The notes under the pieces are model-generated. The model saw only the letters and a program-made list of their open reading frames with translations. It did no database searches and was not told where the DNA came from. From the NCBI GenBank assembly GCA_035470765.1, contig DATIQP010000201.1, forward strand, positions 1 to 42,979: a stretch of DNA of 42,979 nt, written 5' to 3'. The DNA is from Polyangiaceae bacterium (GTDB taxonomy: Bacteria; Myxococcota_A; Polyangia; Polyangiales; Polyangiaceae). How positions within the stretch are numbered: position 1 is the first letter of the stretch; every line of letters starts with the position of its first letter. Below, piece by piece: positions 21,051-33,418 of the stretch. The translations under genes were made by a program, and so were the position numbers.

Positions 21051-21240
21051 GGGCCACCCCGGGCTGAAGCCCGGGGCAGGCAAAAACACCGTGATGGGAT
21101 CGCACTTCAAGCCCGCCTTCGGCGGGCTCCCGCTCGAGCCGAGCCGCGAGAAGCTCCGTGCGAGTCCGCCGAAGGCGGACTTTGGATGGCTTCGTACGAT
21201 GAGGTCTTCGCCTGCCCCGGGCTTCAGCCCGGGGTGGCCC
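21051..21240. repeat. Composite palindromic intergenic element, copy 1 (MITE/REP-BIME-like), 190 bp
   Basis: Has perfect 31-bp terminal inverted repeats: GGGCCACCCCGGGCTGAAGCCCGGGGCAGGC at 21051-21081 and its exact reverse complement at 21210-21240. Each terminus is itself a hairpin (CCCCGGGC-TGAA-GCCCGGGG). There are two internal 8-bp-stem hairpins: AGCCCGCC-TTC-GGCGGGCT (21110-21128) and AGTCCGCC-GAA-GGCGGACT (21163-21181). A second copy lies at 39047-39276. Confidence 0.75.
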
Positions 21241-21250
21241 AACTCACCGA

Positions 21251-24988
<3,738 letters not shown>

Positions 24989-25055
24989 CTTTTGCCTCGC
25001 TTTTCCCTGGGTTCCAGGATGGTTCGAAGGCCAACTGCTCAGCCAGTAGCCAACT

Positions 25056-25071
25056 GACTGACGTGTCAGTC
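25056..25071. promoter_or_regulatory. 16-bp palindrome GACTGAC-GT-GTCAGTC, candidate TetR operator
   Basis: A perfect 7+2+7 inverted repeat in the 151-bp divergent intergenic region between the activase gene (start 24988) and the TetR gene (start 25140). It is preceded by a direct repeat of GCCAACTG (25030-25037 and 25049-25056). Confidence 0.35.
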
Positions 25072-25139
25072 GAGGCAAGGCTAGAGGCGGATGAGCCAGG
25101 GGGCAACGGTAAAAAAGCTGGTAGAGTGCAGCCCTCCCC

Positions 25140-25766
25140 GTGAGCACCAAAGGCCCCGAAACCGGCGAACGAAAACGGGCCGCCGGCGGCGTCGACAAGG
25201 CGACGCGGCGCCAGCAGATCCTCCAGTCCGCCCGGGACGTCTTCGCCAAGCACGGCTACCACGCGGCCAAGGTCGAGGACATCGTCCACGCGGCCGGCGT
25301 GGCGCGCGGCACCTTCTACCTCTACTTCGAGGACAAGCGGGCCATCTTCGAGGAGATCGTCGACAGGCTGCTCGTCCGCTTCGGCATGGCGATCCAGCGC
25401 GTCGACCCGACGGGCGACGTCACCGAGGAGGTGAAGGCGAACATGCGCCGCATCATTCACCTCCTCATCGAGGAGCGCCTGACGACGAAGATGCTGCTGA
25501 GCGACGCGAACGGCGTCGACCCGGCGTTCGATCGCAAGATCCACTCGTTCTTCGAGCAGGTGCGCGCGCTGCTCGAGGAGGCGCTCCTCGACGGTCAGGA
25601 GCTCGGCATCGTCGCCGCCGGCAACGCGCGCATGCAGGCTATCTTCGTCATCGGCGCGCTCAAGGAGATCATGAACCAGGTGGTCGTGCGCGGCTGGGAC
25701 GATCCCGAGGGCGAGATCGTCGAGGCGCTCTTCGCGTTCCTGCGCGAGGGCGTCCTGTCGCTCTAG
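25140..25766 (+). CDS. TetR/AcrR-family transcriptional regulator
   Basis: Has the N-terminal HTH RRQQILQSARDVFAKHGYHAAKVEDIVHAAGVARGTFYLYFEDKRAIF. GTG start. Divergent from the activase operon. Confidence 0.9.
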   Translation: MSTKGPETGERKRAAGGVDKATRRQQILQSARDVFAKHGYHAAKVEDIVHAAGVARGTFYLYFEDKRAIFEEIVDRLLVRFGMAIQRVDPTGDVTEEVKANMRRIIHLLIEERLTTKMLLSDANGVDPAFDRKIHSFFEQVRALLEEALLDGQELGIVAAGNARMQAIFVIGALKEIMNQVVVRGWDDPEGEIVEALFAFLREGVLSL

Positions 25767-25767
25767 A

Positions 25768-26961
25768 TCAGAGCGCCAGGAGGACGACCTGGTTGGTCGT
25801 GAACGGCGTCGTCTGACCGAGCTGCGTGCCCTCGCTCCAGTAGAGGGTGGAACCGCCGGCGACGAGGTGCCAGGGGAAGTTGCGCTTGGCGGCGATGGTC
25901 GTCGGCGACGAGCAGCTCCCGAGCTGACACGTCTGGATCGAGCCGCTGTTGGGCGACGGAGTGCTGCCCGAGGAGTTGACCGCGTAGAAGAGCCGGCCGT
26001 TGGCGCCGATGACGATGTCGCCGATCGCGCCCGGAGAGGTCGGAATCACGTGCGTCGGGGTGTTGCTGCAGCCCGCGAGCGGACACGAGTCGACGAGCCC
26101 GGTGACGGCGTCGCTCCAGTAGACGGTGTGGTTGAAGATTGCGATGTCGATCACGGTGGTCGCGGGCGTGGAGAGCAGCGTCGGGTTGCTACAGCCCGAG
26201 GTGTTGCACGCGTAGACGCCATAGCCTGGAGCGCAGAACGCGACGTCGCCCGCGTCGTCCACCGCGCTCACGCTGAGCGGATGGCTCGCGCTGGCGAACG
26301 TCGACGGGCCGCCGCCGTCGAGCGGGAACTGCCGGATCACTCCCCCTCCGGCGGCGTACCCCGTCCCCAGGTGGACGAAGGTGGAGCTCGCCGCGTTCAT
26401 GTCGAAGAGGTGCCCGCTGCCCGTGCCGAGGCAGCTGCCGACCGGACACGCTCCCACGAACCCGTAGGCACCCCCCGCTACCAGGCCGTAGTTGACGTAG
26501 ACCATCCACGGATTGGAGTTCTGCGTGAAGGGGGCGATCCCGACGATGTTCTGCGCGCCCGACTGACCGTAGACCAAGGATGTGATGGGCTGCGGGCCGC
26601 TACCGCAGCCGGAGCGGGGACATGCGTAGACGACGTCGCTGCCCATGTAGAGCCTGGTGTCGTCCAGCGCGAGCGAGTCGATGGCGAGGTTCGGCTGCAT
26701 GGACGTGAAGACGGCGGGCTGGCAGAAGGCGTTGTTGCACGCCCCGCCCTGGCACGAGTGGCCGCACGCGCCGCAATTGTCAGGGCTCGACTGCGTGTCG
26801 CCGCACCCGACGGCTCCGTCCCCGGCGTCTCCGCCTGAGACGATGGGCGCGTCCGGCGAGGTGGCATCACCCGTCGGGGAGGCGTCGCCGCCGACGAATT
26901 GATCCGCGTTGCACGCGAAGAGGACCGTTGCCAAGCTCACCCAAAGCCAACCGCGCTTCAT
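25768..26961 (-). CDS. Secreted Cys-rich repeat (propeller-like) protein
   Basis: Start set at the ATG at 26961, which gives the signal MKRGWLWVSLATVLFAC. A Cys knot follows (CGDTQSSPDNCGACGHSCQGGACNNAFC), then repeated units ending in C(P/N)xxGC(S/G) with VYWSD / LYWSE motifs. The upstream 94 codons of the track ORF are low-complexity. Confidence 0.7.
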   Translation of the reverse strand: MKRGWLWVSLATVLFACNADQFVGGDASPTGDATSPDAPIVSGGDAGDGAVGCGDTQSSPDNCGACGHSCQGGACNNAFCQPAVFTSMQPNLAIDSLALDDTRLYMGSDVVYACPRSGCGSGPQPITSLVYGQSGAQNIVGIAPFTQNSNPWMVYVNYGLVAGGAYGFVGACPVGSCLGTGSGHLFDMNAASSTFVHLGTGYAAGGGVIRQFPLDGGGPSTFASASHPLSVSAVDDAGDVAFCAPGYGVYACNTSGCSNPTLLSTPATTVIDIAIFNHTVYWSDAVTGLVDSCPLAGCSNTPTHVIPTSPGAIGDIVIGANGRLFYAVNSSGSTPSPNSGSIQTCQLGSCSSPTTIAAKRNFPWHLVAGGSTLYWSEGTQLGQTTPFTTNQVVLLAL

Positions 26962-26980
26962 GGCGCTACGGTACCATCGA

Positions 26981-27838
26981 ATGATCTCGCGACGAACCTT
27001 GCGGAGCCTGGGCCTGGTCGGCCTCGCGTGCTGCCACTCGGCGCGCAACGAGCCGGGCGATCGGCGACCGGTGGCCGCGGCGACGACCGGCGATCTCGCG
27101 GCCGGCCCTCGCGACGCGGGTGCCGCGGTCGATCCCCCCGCGCCGCCGGCGACCACCGCCGAGGCTCCCGAGGCGGCGCCGCCTCCCGCGGCGACGCGTG
27201 ACGCGGTCGGGCCGTTCGAGGCGCCGATGCTCCCCGGCCGCACGGTCTGGTACGCGCTGCCGCGCGCGCTCGACGAGCACCGCCTCGTGGCCCACCTGCA
27301 CGGGCAGTGCGCCCCGCCCGTCTACTCGTGCGGCCAGTGGCTCGACGCGGGCGTGGAGCGCGGCTTCTTGGTGTGCCCGACGGGCAACGAGCACTGCACC
27401 TCGCCGATGGGCCCGGCGATGTGGGACGAGTCGTTCGCGCTCATGGATCAGGACCTCGAGCGGGGCGTCGCCGTGGTCGAGAGGCGGACCGACGGCGGCA
27501 TCGCCCGCGACGACGCGGTGCTGACGGGCTTCTCGCGCGGGGGTTGGGCGGCGATCGAGATCGTGGGGATGCACCCGGGCCGATGGCCCCACCTGATCCT
27601 GATCGAAGCGGACGTGACCATCACCAAGGCCATCCTCGACCGCGCCCAGGTGCGCAGCGTCGCGATGATCGCGGGCGAGCAAGGGACGGAGCTGCCCGGG
27701 GAGAGGAAGAGCGTCGAGCAGCTGGTCGCGCAGGGCTACCCCGCCGAGCTCCTCGTGATGCCCGGGACCGCACATTTGTATTCTACAAATATCGACGCGC
27801 TGATGCGCGAAGCCCTGGATTTCGTGCTCTCCCATTGA
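26981..27838 (+). CDS. Secreted alpha/beta-hydrolase-like protein (esterase type)
   Basis: Start at the ATG at 26981 (MISRRTLRSLGLVGLACC). A Pro/Ala-rich linker is followed by a domain with the nucleophile elbow GFSRGG (GxSxG) and a C-terminal PGTAHLY. Confidence 0.65.
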   Translation: MISRRTLRSLGLVGLACCHSARNEPGDRRPVAAATTGDLAAGPRDAGAAVDPPAPPATTAEAPEAAPPPAATRDAVGPFEAPMLPGRTVWYALPRALDEHRLVAHLHGQCAPPVYSCGQWLDAGVERGFLVCPTGNEHCTSPMGPAMWDESFALMDQDLERGVAVVERRTDGGIARDDAVLTGFSRGGWAAIEIVGMHPGRWPHLILIEADVTITKAILDRAQVRSVAMIAGEQGTELPGERKSVEQLVAQGYPAELLVMPGTAHLYSTNIDALMREALDFVLSH

Positions 27839-27883
27839 TCTTTGCTTCTGTCGCGGCGAAAGATTGGTGCTAGCATTCGCGGC

Positions 27884-28729
27884 ATGCCGTTTCCTTCGCT
27901 TCGTCGCTTCTTCTTGGCGCTGCCCGGCATCGCGCTCGCCGCGGCGCTCGTGTCCGCGTGCGGCGCCCGCGCCGACCTGCAGGATCCCGATCAGCTCGTG
28001 GTCTCCGACGGCGGCCTGCCCGACGGCGTGAAGCCTCCGCCCAACACGTGCGGCAACGGGACCTGCGACGGCACCGAGAGCTGCTCCAACTGTCCTCAGG
28101 ACTGCGGCTTCTGCAAGACGTGTGGCGACGGCACCTGCAGCGGCAGCGAGACCTGCGTGGGCTGCCCGCAGGATTGCGGCGCGTGCCCCTCGTGCGGCAA
28201 CGGCTTCTGCGACTCGACGGAGAGCTGCACCACCTGTCCGCAGGACTGCGGCAAGTGCGCCGCGTGCGGCGACGGCATCTGCCAGAGCAACGAGAGCTGC
28301 AACAACTGCCCCGACGATTGCGGCAAGTGCGCGGGCTGCGGCGACGGCCTGTGCGGCAGCACCGAGACGTGCATCTCGTGCCCGCACGACTGCGGCGTCT
28401 GCTCCTTCTGCGGCAACAACAAGTGCGAGACCTACGAGACGTGCACCAACTGCCCACAGGACTGCGGCCAGTGCACGACGCTGAGCTGCTTCCAGGCGTT
28501 CACCTGCGCGATCAAGTGCATCCAGCTCCAGGGCAACCCGCCCAGCGTGAGCGTCTCGTGCGTGGCGAACTGCCTGTCCGAGGGTTGCCCCGACACGCAG
28601 TTCTTCTTCGATCAGGCGTTCAACTGCGCGGTGCAGCAGGCCTTCGGCGGCTGCGGCGGCGACTTCAACTGCATCCAGCAGGCGTGCGCCACCGAGATCG
28701 CGGCCTGCCTCGGGTCGACCTGCCCCTGA
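27884..28729 (+). CDS. Lipoprotein with six tandem 24-aa six-cysteine repeats plus a Cys-rich C-terminal domain
   Basis: Start at the ATG at 27884 (MPFPSLRRFFLALPGIALAAALVSACG). Six copies of CG(D/N)GxCxxxE(S/T)CxxCPxDCGxCxx follow, then an 83-aa domain with 10 more Cys. Confidence 0.8.
   Translation: MPFPSLRRFFLALPGIALAAALVSACGARADLQDPDQLVVSDGGLPDGVKPPPNTCGNGTCDGTESCSNCPQDCGFCKTCGDGTCSGSETCVGCPQDCGACPSCGNGFCDSTESCTTCPQDCGKCAACGDGICQSNESCNNCPDDCGKCAGCGDGLCGSTETCISCPHDCGVCSFCGNNKCETYETCTNCPQDCGQCTTLSCFQAFTCAIKCIQLQGNPPSVSVSCVANCLSEGCPDTQFFFDQAFNCAVQQAFGGCGGDFNCIQQACATEIAACLGSTCP
28049..28480 (+). repeat. 6 x 72-bp in-frame tandem repeat (coding)
   Basis: The period is exactly 72 bp (24 codons). 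Units start TGCGGCAACGGG / TGTGGCGACGGC / TGCGGCAACGGC / TGCGGCGACGGC / TGCGGCGACGGC / TGCGGCAACAAC, and each contains TG(T/C)CC(N)CA(G/C)GA(C/T)TGCGG. Confidence 0.85.
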
Positions 28730-28736
28730 GTCGCGC

Positions 28737-29219
28737 TCAGTGCACGCAGAGCGCGTAAGCGAAGTCGCCGGTCGAGGAAGGGTCGCGGGCGGCGGTCTGT
28801 CCATCGCCGAAGCTCACGACCTTCGCCTTGCCGTCCGTCTGCTGGCTGAGCGTCCAGAAGACGTCCGCTGGCGTCGCGGGGAACGCGTTCGGGTCGATGT
28901 AGCGTAGCGTGTTCGTCCCCGAGCTCGGGTCGTACTCGAGGTGGGGATCCTCGTCGACCAGGGTCAAGAGCTCCTTGTACGTCGGCAGCCGGTACTTCAG
29001 GCCGAGCACGGTCGCGCCGCCGCAATACGACTCGGCGCTCGAGTAGTTGCCCTTCGTCGACGGCTGGCGCAGCCAGTACAACCCGGTCTTCAGATCGCGG
29101 ATGTACTGACTGTCCTTGTTGAAGACCTGATACTGGTCCGTCGGCGCGCCGACGGCGCGAGCCAAGACCGTGAAGGTGCACACGACGGCGAGCGCGAGCG
29201 GGGCGGCGAAGCGTCTCAT
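28737..29219 (-). CDS. DUF1566 (Lcl C-terminal domain)-like secreted protein
   Basis: 160 aa from the ATG at 29219, with signal MRRFAAPLALAVVCTFTVLARA. The motifs TGLYW, AESYC, YRLPTYKELLTL, VFWT and a C-terminal ALCVH match the DUF1566 pattern. Confidence 0.75.
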   Translation of the reverse strand: MRRFAAPLALAVVCTFTVLARAVGAPTDQYQVFNKDSQYIRDLKTGLYWLRQPSTKGNYSSAESYCGGATVLGLKYRLPTYKELLTLVDEDPHLEYDPSSGTNTLRYIDPNAFPATPADVFWTLSQQTDGKAKVVSFGDGQTAARDPSSTGDFAYALCVH

Positions 29220-29869
29220 TGCACGCACACGGCGTGGGCCTGCGTCGGCGGCAGGTGGACCACGTCCCCGGTGGTGAAGTTGACCAACCAGTAGTGCAGC
29301 TGCCCGGCGATGAGCGGGCGATAGTACGAGGAGGTCCAGTACAGGGCCGCCTGGACGCCGCCGTCCACGGCGAGGGCGGGCGTGACGCATGGCGGATTCG
29401 TGGAGCTGTCGAGCAGCGTCGCGAGCTCGATGCGCGTCGGCAGCCGCCAGTTCGGGCCGAGCGTCGCGCAGTAGGCCGCCGCGTCCTCGACCTTGCCGAA
29501 CGTGCTCGGCGACGAGCTCAGGTTCCATTGCAGGCCGGTGATCTGGTCGGCGGCAACGCCTTTGGTCGTCACGTACTTGGCGCCGGAGTCGGGGTTGGCG
29601 CCGCTCTCCACCTCCGCGTCGGAGCTCGGCATCGGCCACTTGGCCCAGCTCGTCGTCGGGTTGACGACGTCCGGCAGGACGACGTCGAGACCCGGCGAGT
29701 CGTCGGGGGCGTCCGCCGTGCCGCCGTCGCACGCCGCGGAGTCGCACTCGGACGCGGCGTCCTTGGTGAACTGGTCGAGGCCGAGGATCTGCTGGCACCC
29801 CGCCGCGGCGACGAGGAGCGCCGGCGCGGCCGCGAGCGCGACGCGAGCGGTGCGGTTCCTAGAAGGCAC
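29216..29869 (-). CDS. DUF1566-like lipoprotein
   Basis: GTG start and lipobox ALLVAAAGCQ. The motifs TGLQWN, AAAYCATLGPNWRLPTRIELATLLD, LYWTSS and a C-terminal HAVCVQ are present. Its stop overlaps the next start by 4 nt (ATGA at 29216-29219). Confidence 0.75.
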   Translation of the reverse strand: MPSRNRTARVALAAAPALLVAAAGCQQILGLDQFTKDAASECDSAACDGGTADAPDDSPGLDVVLPDVVNPTTSWAKWPMPSSDAEVESGANPDSGAKYVTTKGVAADQITGLQWNLSSSPSTFGKVEDAAAYCATLGPNWRLPTRIELATLLDSSTNPPCVTPALAVDGGVQAALYWTSSYYRPLIAGQLHYWLVNFTTGDVVHLPPTQAHAVCVQ

Positions 29870-30846
29870 CGCGAACCCCCGCGTAGCCCGGGCCGATTTC
29901 CGGCGTGAGCGAGAAGCCGGCCGTCGACGAGGGCGCCGCCTCGGAGTGGCTGCCGCCGGTCACGAGCCCGATGACGAGCATGACCACGCCGACGCCCGCG
30001 ACGACGAAGGCGACGGTGGAGACGTCCGCCATCGTCTTGGCGGTGTCGAGCAACGACCCCGAGTCCGTTCCGACGCAAGCGTGGTTCGGACAGGCGGTGT
30101 TCAGCTGGTTCTTCTTGTCGATGGCGACGATGGCGGTCGTCGCGCCGATGAGCACGCCGAGCCCTCCGACCACGATGCCCGCGACGCTCAGCCCGGAGAT
30201 GCCGTGGTGGACCTGCGCGAGCGCGCCGCCGTGGGGCGGCGGGACGTACGTCACGGGCGCGGGCGGCGGCGCGAGCGTGACCTCGCGGCTCTGCGCCTCG
30301 GCGAGGTCGACGCCGACGGTGACCGGCGCGCCGCCCTCGACGTGCGCGATCACCTGGTGGTGGCCGGGGTTGACCTTGCGCGGCTCGTCGAGCGAGACCG
30401 CCGGTACGGCCTCGCCGTCGACCGTGACGATGGGCGTGGCGCCGGCCGCGACGCCGGCGATACGGATGCGCAGCGACGCGATGCGCGGCTTGAGCGCGTC
30501 GGCTAGCTTCGCCGCCTCGTCCCGCGCTTCGACGGAGCGCTTCGACTCGTCGGCCAGCACGGGCATCCGGCCCACGCCGAGGCAGGTCTCCCGAGCCTCG
30601 ACGAGCATGCCGAGCTGCTCCTGCGTGTGCGCGAGCTCCACGCCGGTGATGGGCGTGTGGCCGAGGGCGTGCGCGGCCTTGAGCTTCTCGAGGGCGCCGC
30701 GGAGATCGCCCCTCGCGCGCAGCTCCTTGCCTTCCTTGTAAAGTACACGCGCCGTCTCGTAGTCCTGCGCGGTGGGGCCGGCCGCGAGCGCGCCGGAGCC
30801 GGCCGCGAGCGCTGCCGCCAGGGCCGCTCCGAAGATCAGGCGCCGC

Positions 30847-30860
<14 letters not shown>
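29859..30860 (-). CDS. Membrane-anchored protein: signal peptide, TPR-like helical hairpin, PEGA-like beta domain, C-terminal TM segments
   Basis: 333 aa from the ATG at 30860 (MTSDRRRLIFGAALAAALAAGSGALAAG). The helical repeat is YETARVLYKEGKELRARGDLRGALEKLKAAHAL. The beta segment is ASLRIRIAG...TVDGEAV...GHHQVIAHVEG. There are two hydrophobic helices near the C-terminus. It overlaps the kinase stop by 14 nt and the next gene by 11 nt. Confidence 0.65.
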
Positions 30861-32247
<1,387 letters not shown>

Positions 32248-32377
32248 CCCAAGCGCCTCCCAACGAACGCGCCCTTTGTATGCAAGCGCACCAACAGCAT
32301 GCAAAAGAGATGGCTGCGAGGCAAGGAGTCTCGACGGGGGCCCTCCGTGCGCTATGCTCGAGTCGGGGAGCTTGCGT

Positions 32378-33418
32378 ATGCGCTTATCGAGCTGGGGGGC
32401 CATCTTGGGGGGAATCCTCAGCGCCTCTTGCGGCTCCTCCGCGAGCTTCTCCTTTCCGGATGCCGGCGCGGACGGCGGCGGCGGCGGCGGCGGCAGCCCG
32501 GACGCGGGAGGCGTCGATGCGGGCGCCACGCCCGTCACCAACGGCCCCTTCAAGCCGGCCGTGGTGCTCGTCAACGGGCTGGTGAAGGGAGCTGCCGCGG
32601 CCAACTTGACGCTCGGCGACGTGCGCATCTGCATCGAAGGCGTCACCCCGTACGCGCTCCCCGACAATCGGCCCATGCCTCTCGCCAACTACCCCGGCGT
32701 CGGCGTGGGGCAAGGGATCGACCTCGGCGTGCTGCCCAACCTCCCGACGACGGCCACGATCGACGTCTTCAACGCGTCCGACCTTGCGAGCGATGCCGCA
32801 TGGACGTCGCAGCGGCTCGATTGCTCGGTGATCACGTGCTCGCAAGACGCGGGGCCCACCTGCAAGAACCACGTGACCCTCCAGGTCGCCCTCGCGCCGG
32901 CCATCAACCTCGTCGTCCTGCGCGACGCCGCGCAGGGCGTGGAGCTGCGAACGACCCCGCTCGACGGAAGCTATACGGGCACGCCCGCCACCATCCAGGC
33001 GCAGATCGCGAACTTCGCCGGATGGCACGGCGGCGACGACGTGGTCGCCGATTTCGGCGAGGTGCAACAGAAGACGCCCTCGATCACGCTCACCCCCCTC
33101 CTCGGCAGCGAGGTGGCGAGCTCGACTTCGACGCTCGTCGTGCCCGGGCAGAGCTACGAAGACTACGGCGTGTGGCTCACGCAGCTCGTCGACGGCGCAC
33201 CCGGGGACACGTTCGCCCAGTCCCTCGGCTCCATCCAGTGGGTCTCCGATCCCACGACCGCACCCAGCACCTTCTACGACGTCCGCGAGAACTACGCGCT
33301 GGTCCTGGTCGGCGATCCCAGCAACCTGCTCCTGGCGACGAACGGCCGCGACCCGTCGTTCGACGGCCGGGCGCTCCATGTGCTCGCCGTTCCATTCGCG
33401 GCAGGTGTCCACCCATGA
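32378..33418 (+). CDS. Lipoprotein of unknown function (paralog A)
   Basis: Start at the ATG at 32378 (MRLSSWGAILGGILSASCGSS), then a Gly/Asp-rich linker and a roughly 300-aa domain. It shares collinear motifs with the next gene. Confidence 0.75.
   Translation: MRLSSWGAILGGILSASCGSSASFSFPDAGADGGGGGGGSPDAGGVDAGATPVTNGPFKPAVVLVNGLVKGAAAANLTLGDVRICIEGVTPYALPDNRPMPLANYPGVGVGQGIDLGVLPNLPTTATIDVFNASDLASDAAWTSQRLDCSVITCSQDAGPTCKNHVTLQVALAPAINLVVLRDAAQGVELRTTPLDGSYTGTPATIQAQIANFAGWHGGDDVVADFGEVQQKTPSITLTPLLGSEVASSTSTLVVPGQSYEDYGVWLTQLVDGAPGDTFAQSLGSIQWVSDPTTAPSTFYDVRENYALVLVGDPSNLLLATNGRDPSFDGRALHVLAVPFAAGVHP

Noticed and set aside
24989-25249. The 87-codon N-terminal extension of the activase ORF, running into the TetR gene
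   Set aside because: It would overlap the divergent TetR coding region and the candidate operator. The ASKHA phosphate-1 motif (GMDVGSTTVK) begins 10 residues after the ATG at 24988, as expected for a true N-terminus.
28049-28480. Regularly spaced 72-bp repeats, which could be mistaken for a CRISPR-like array
   Set aside because: The repeats are contiguous with no spacers, are in frame within a long ORF, and encode a conserved six-Cys module. This is a protein-coding tandem repeat and not a CRISPR array.
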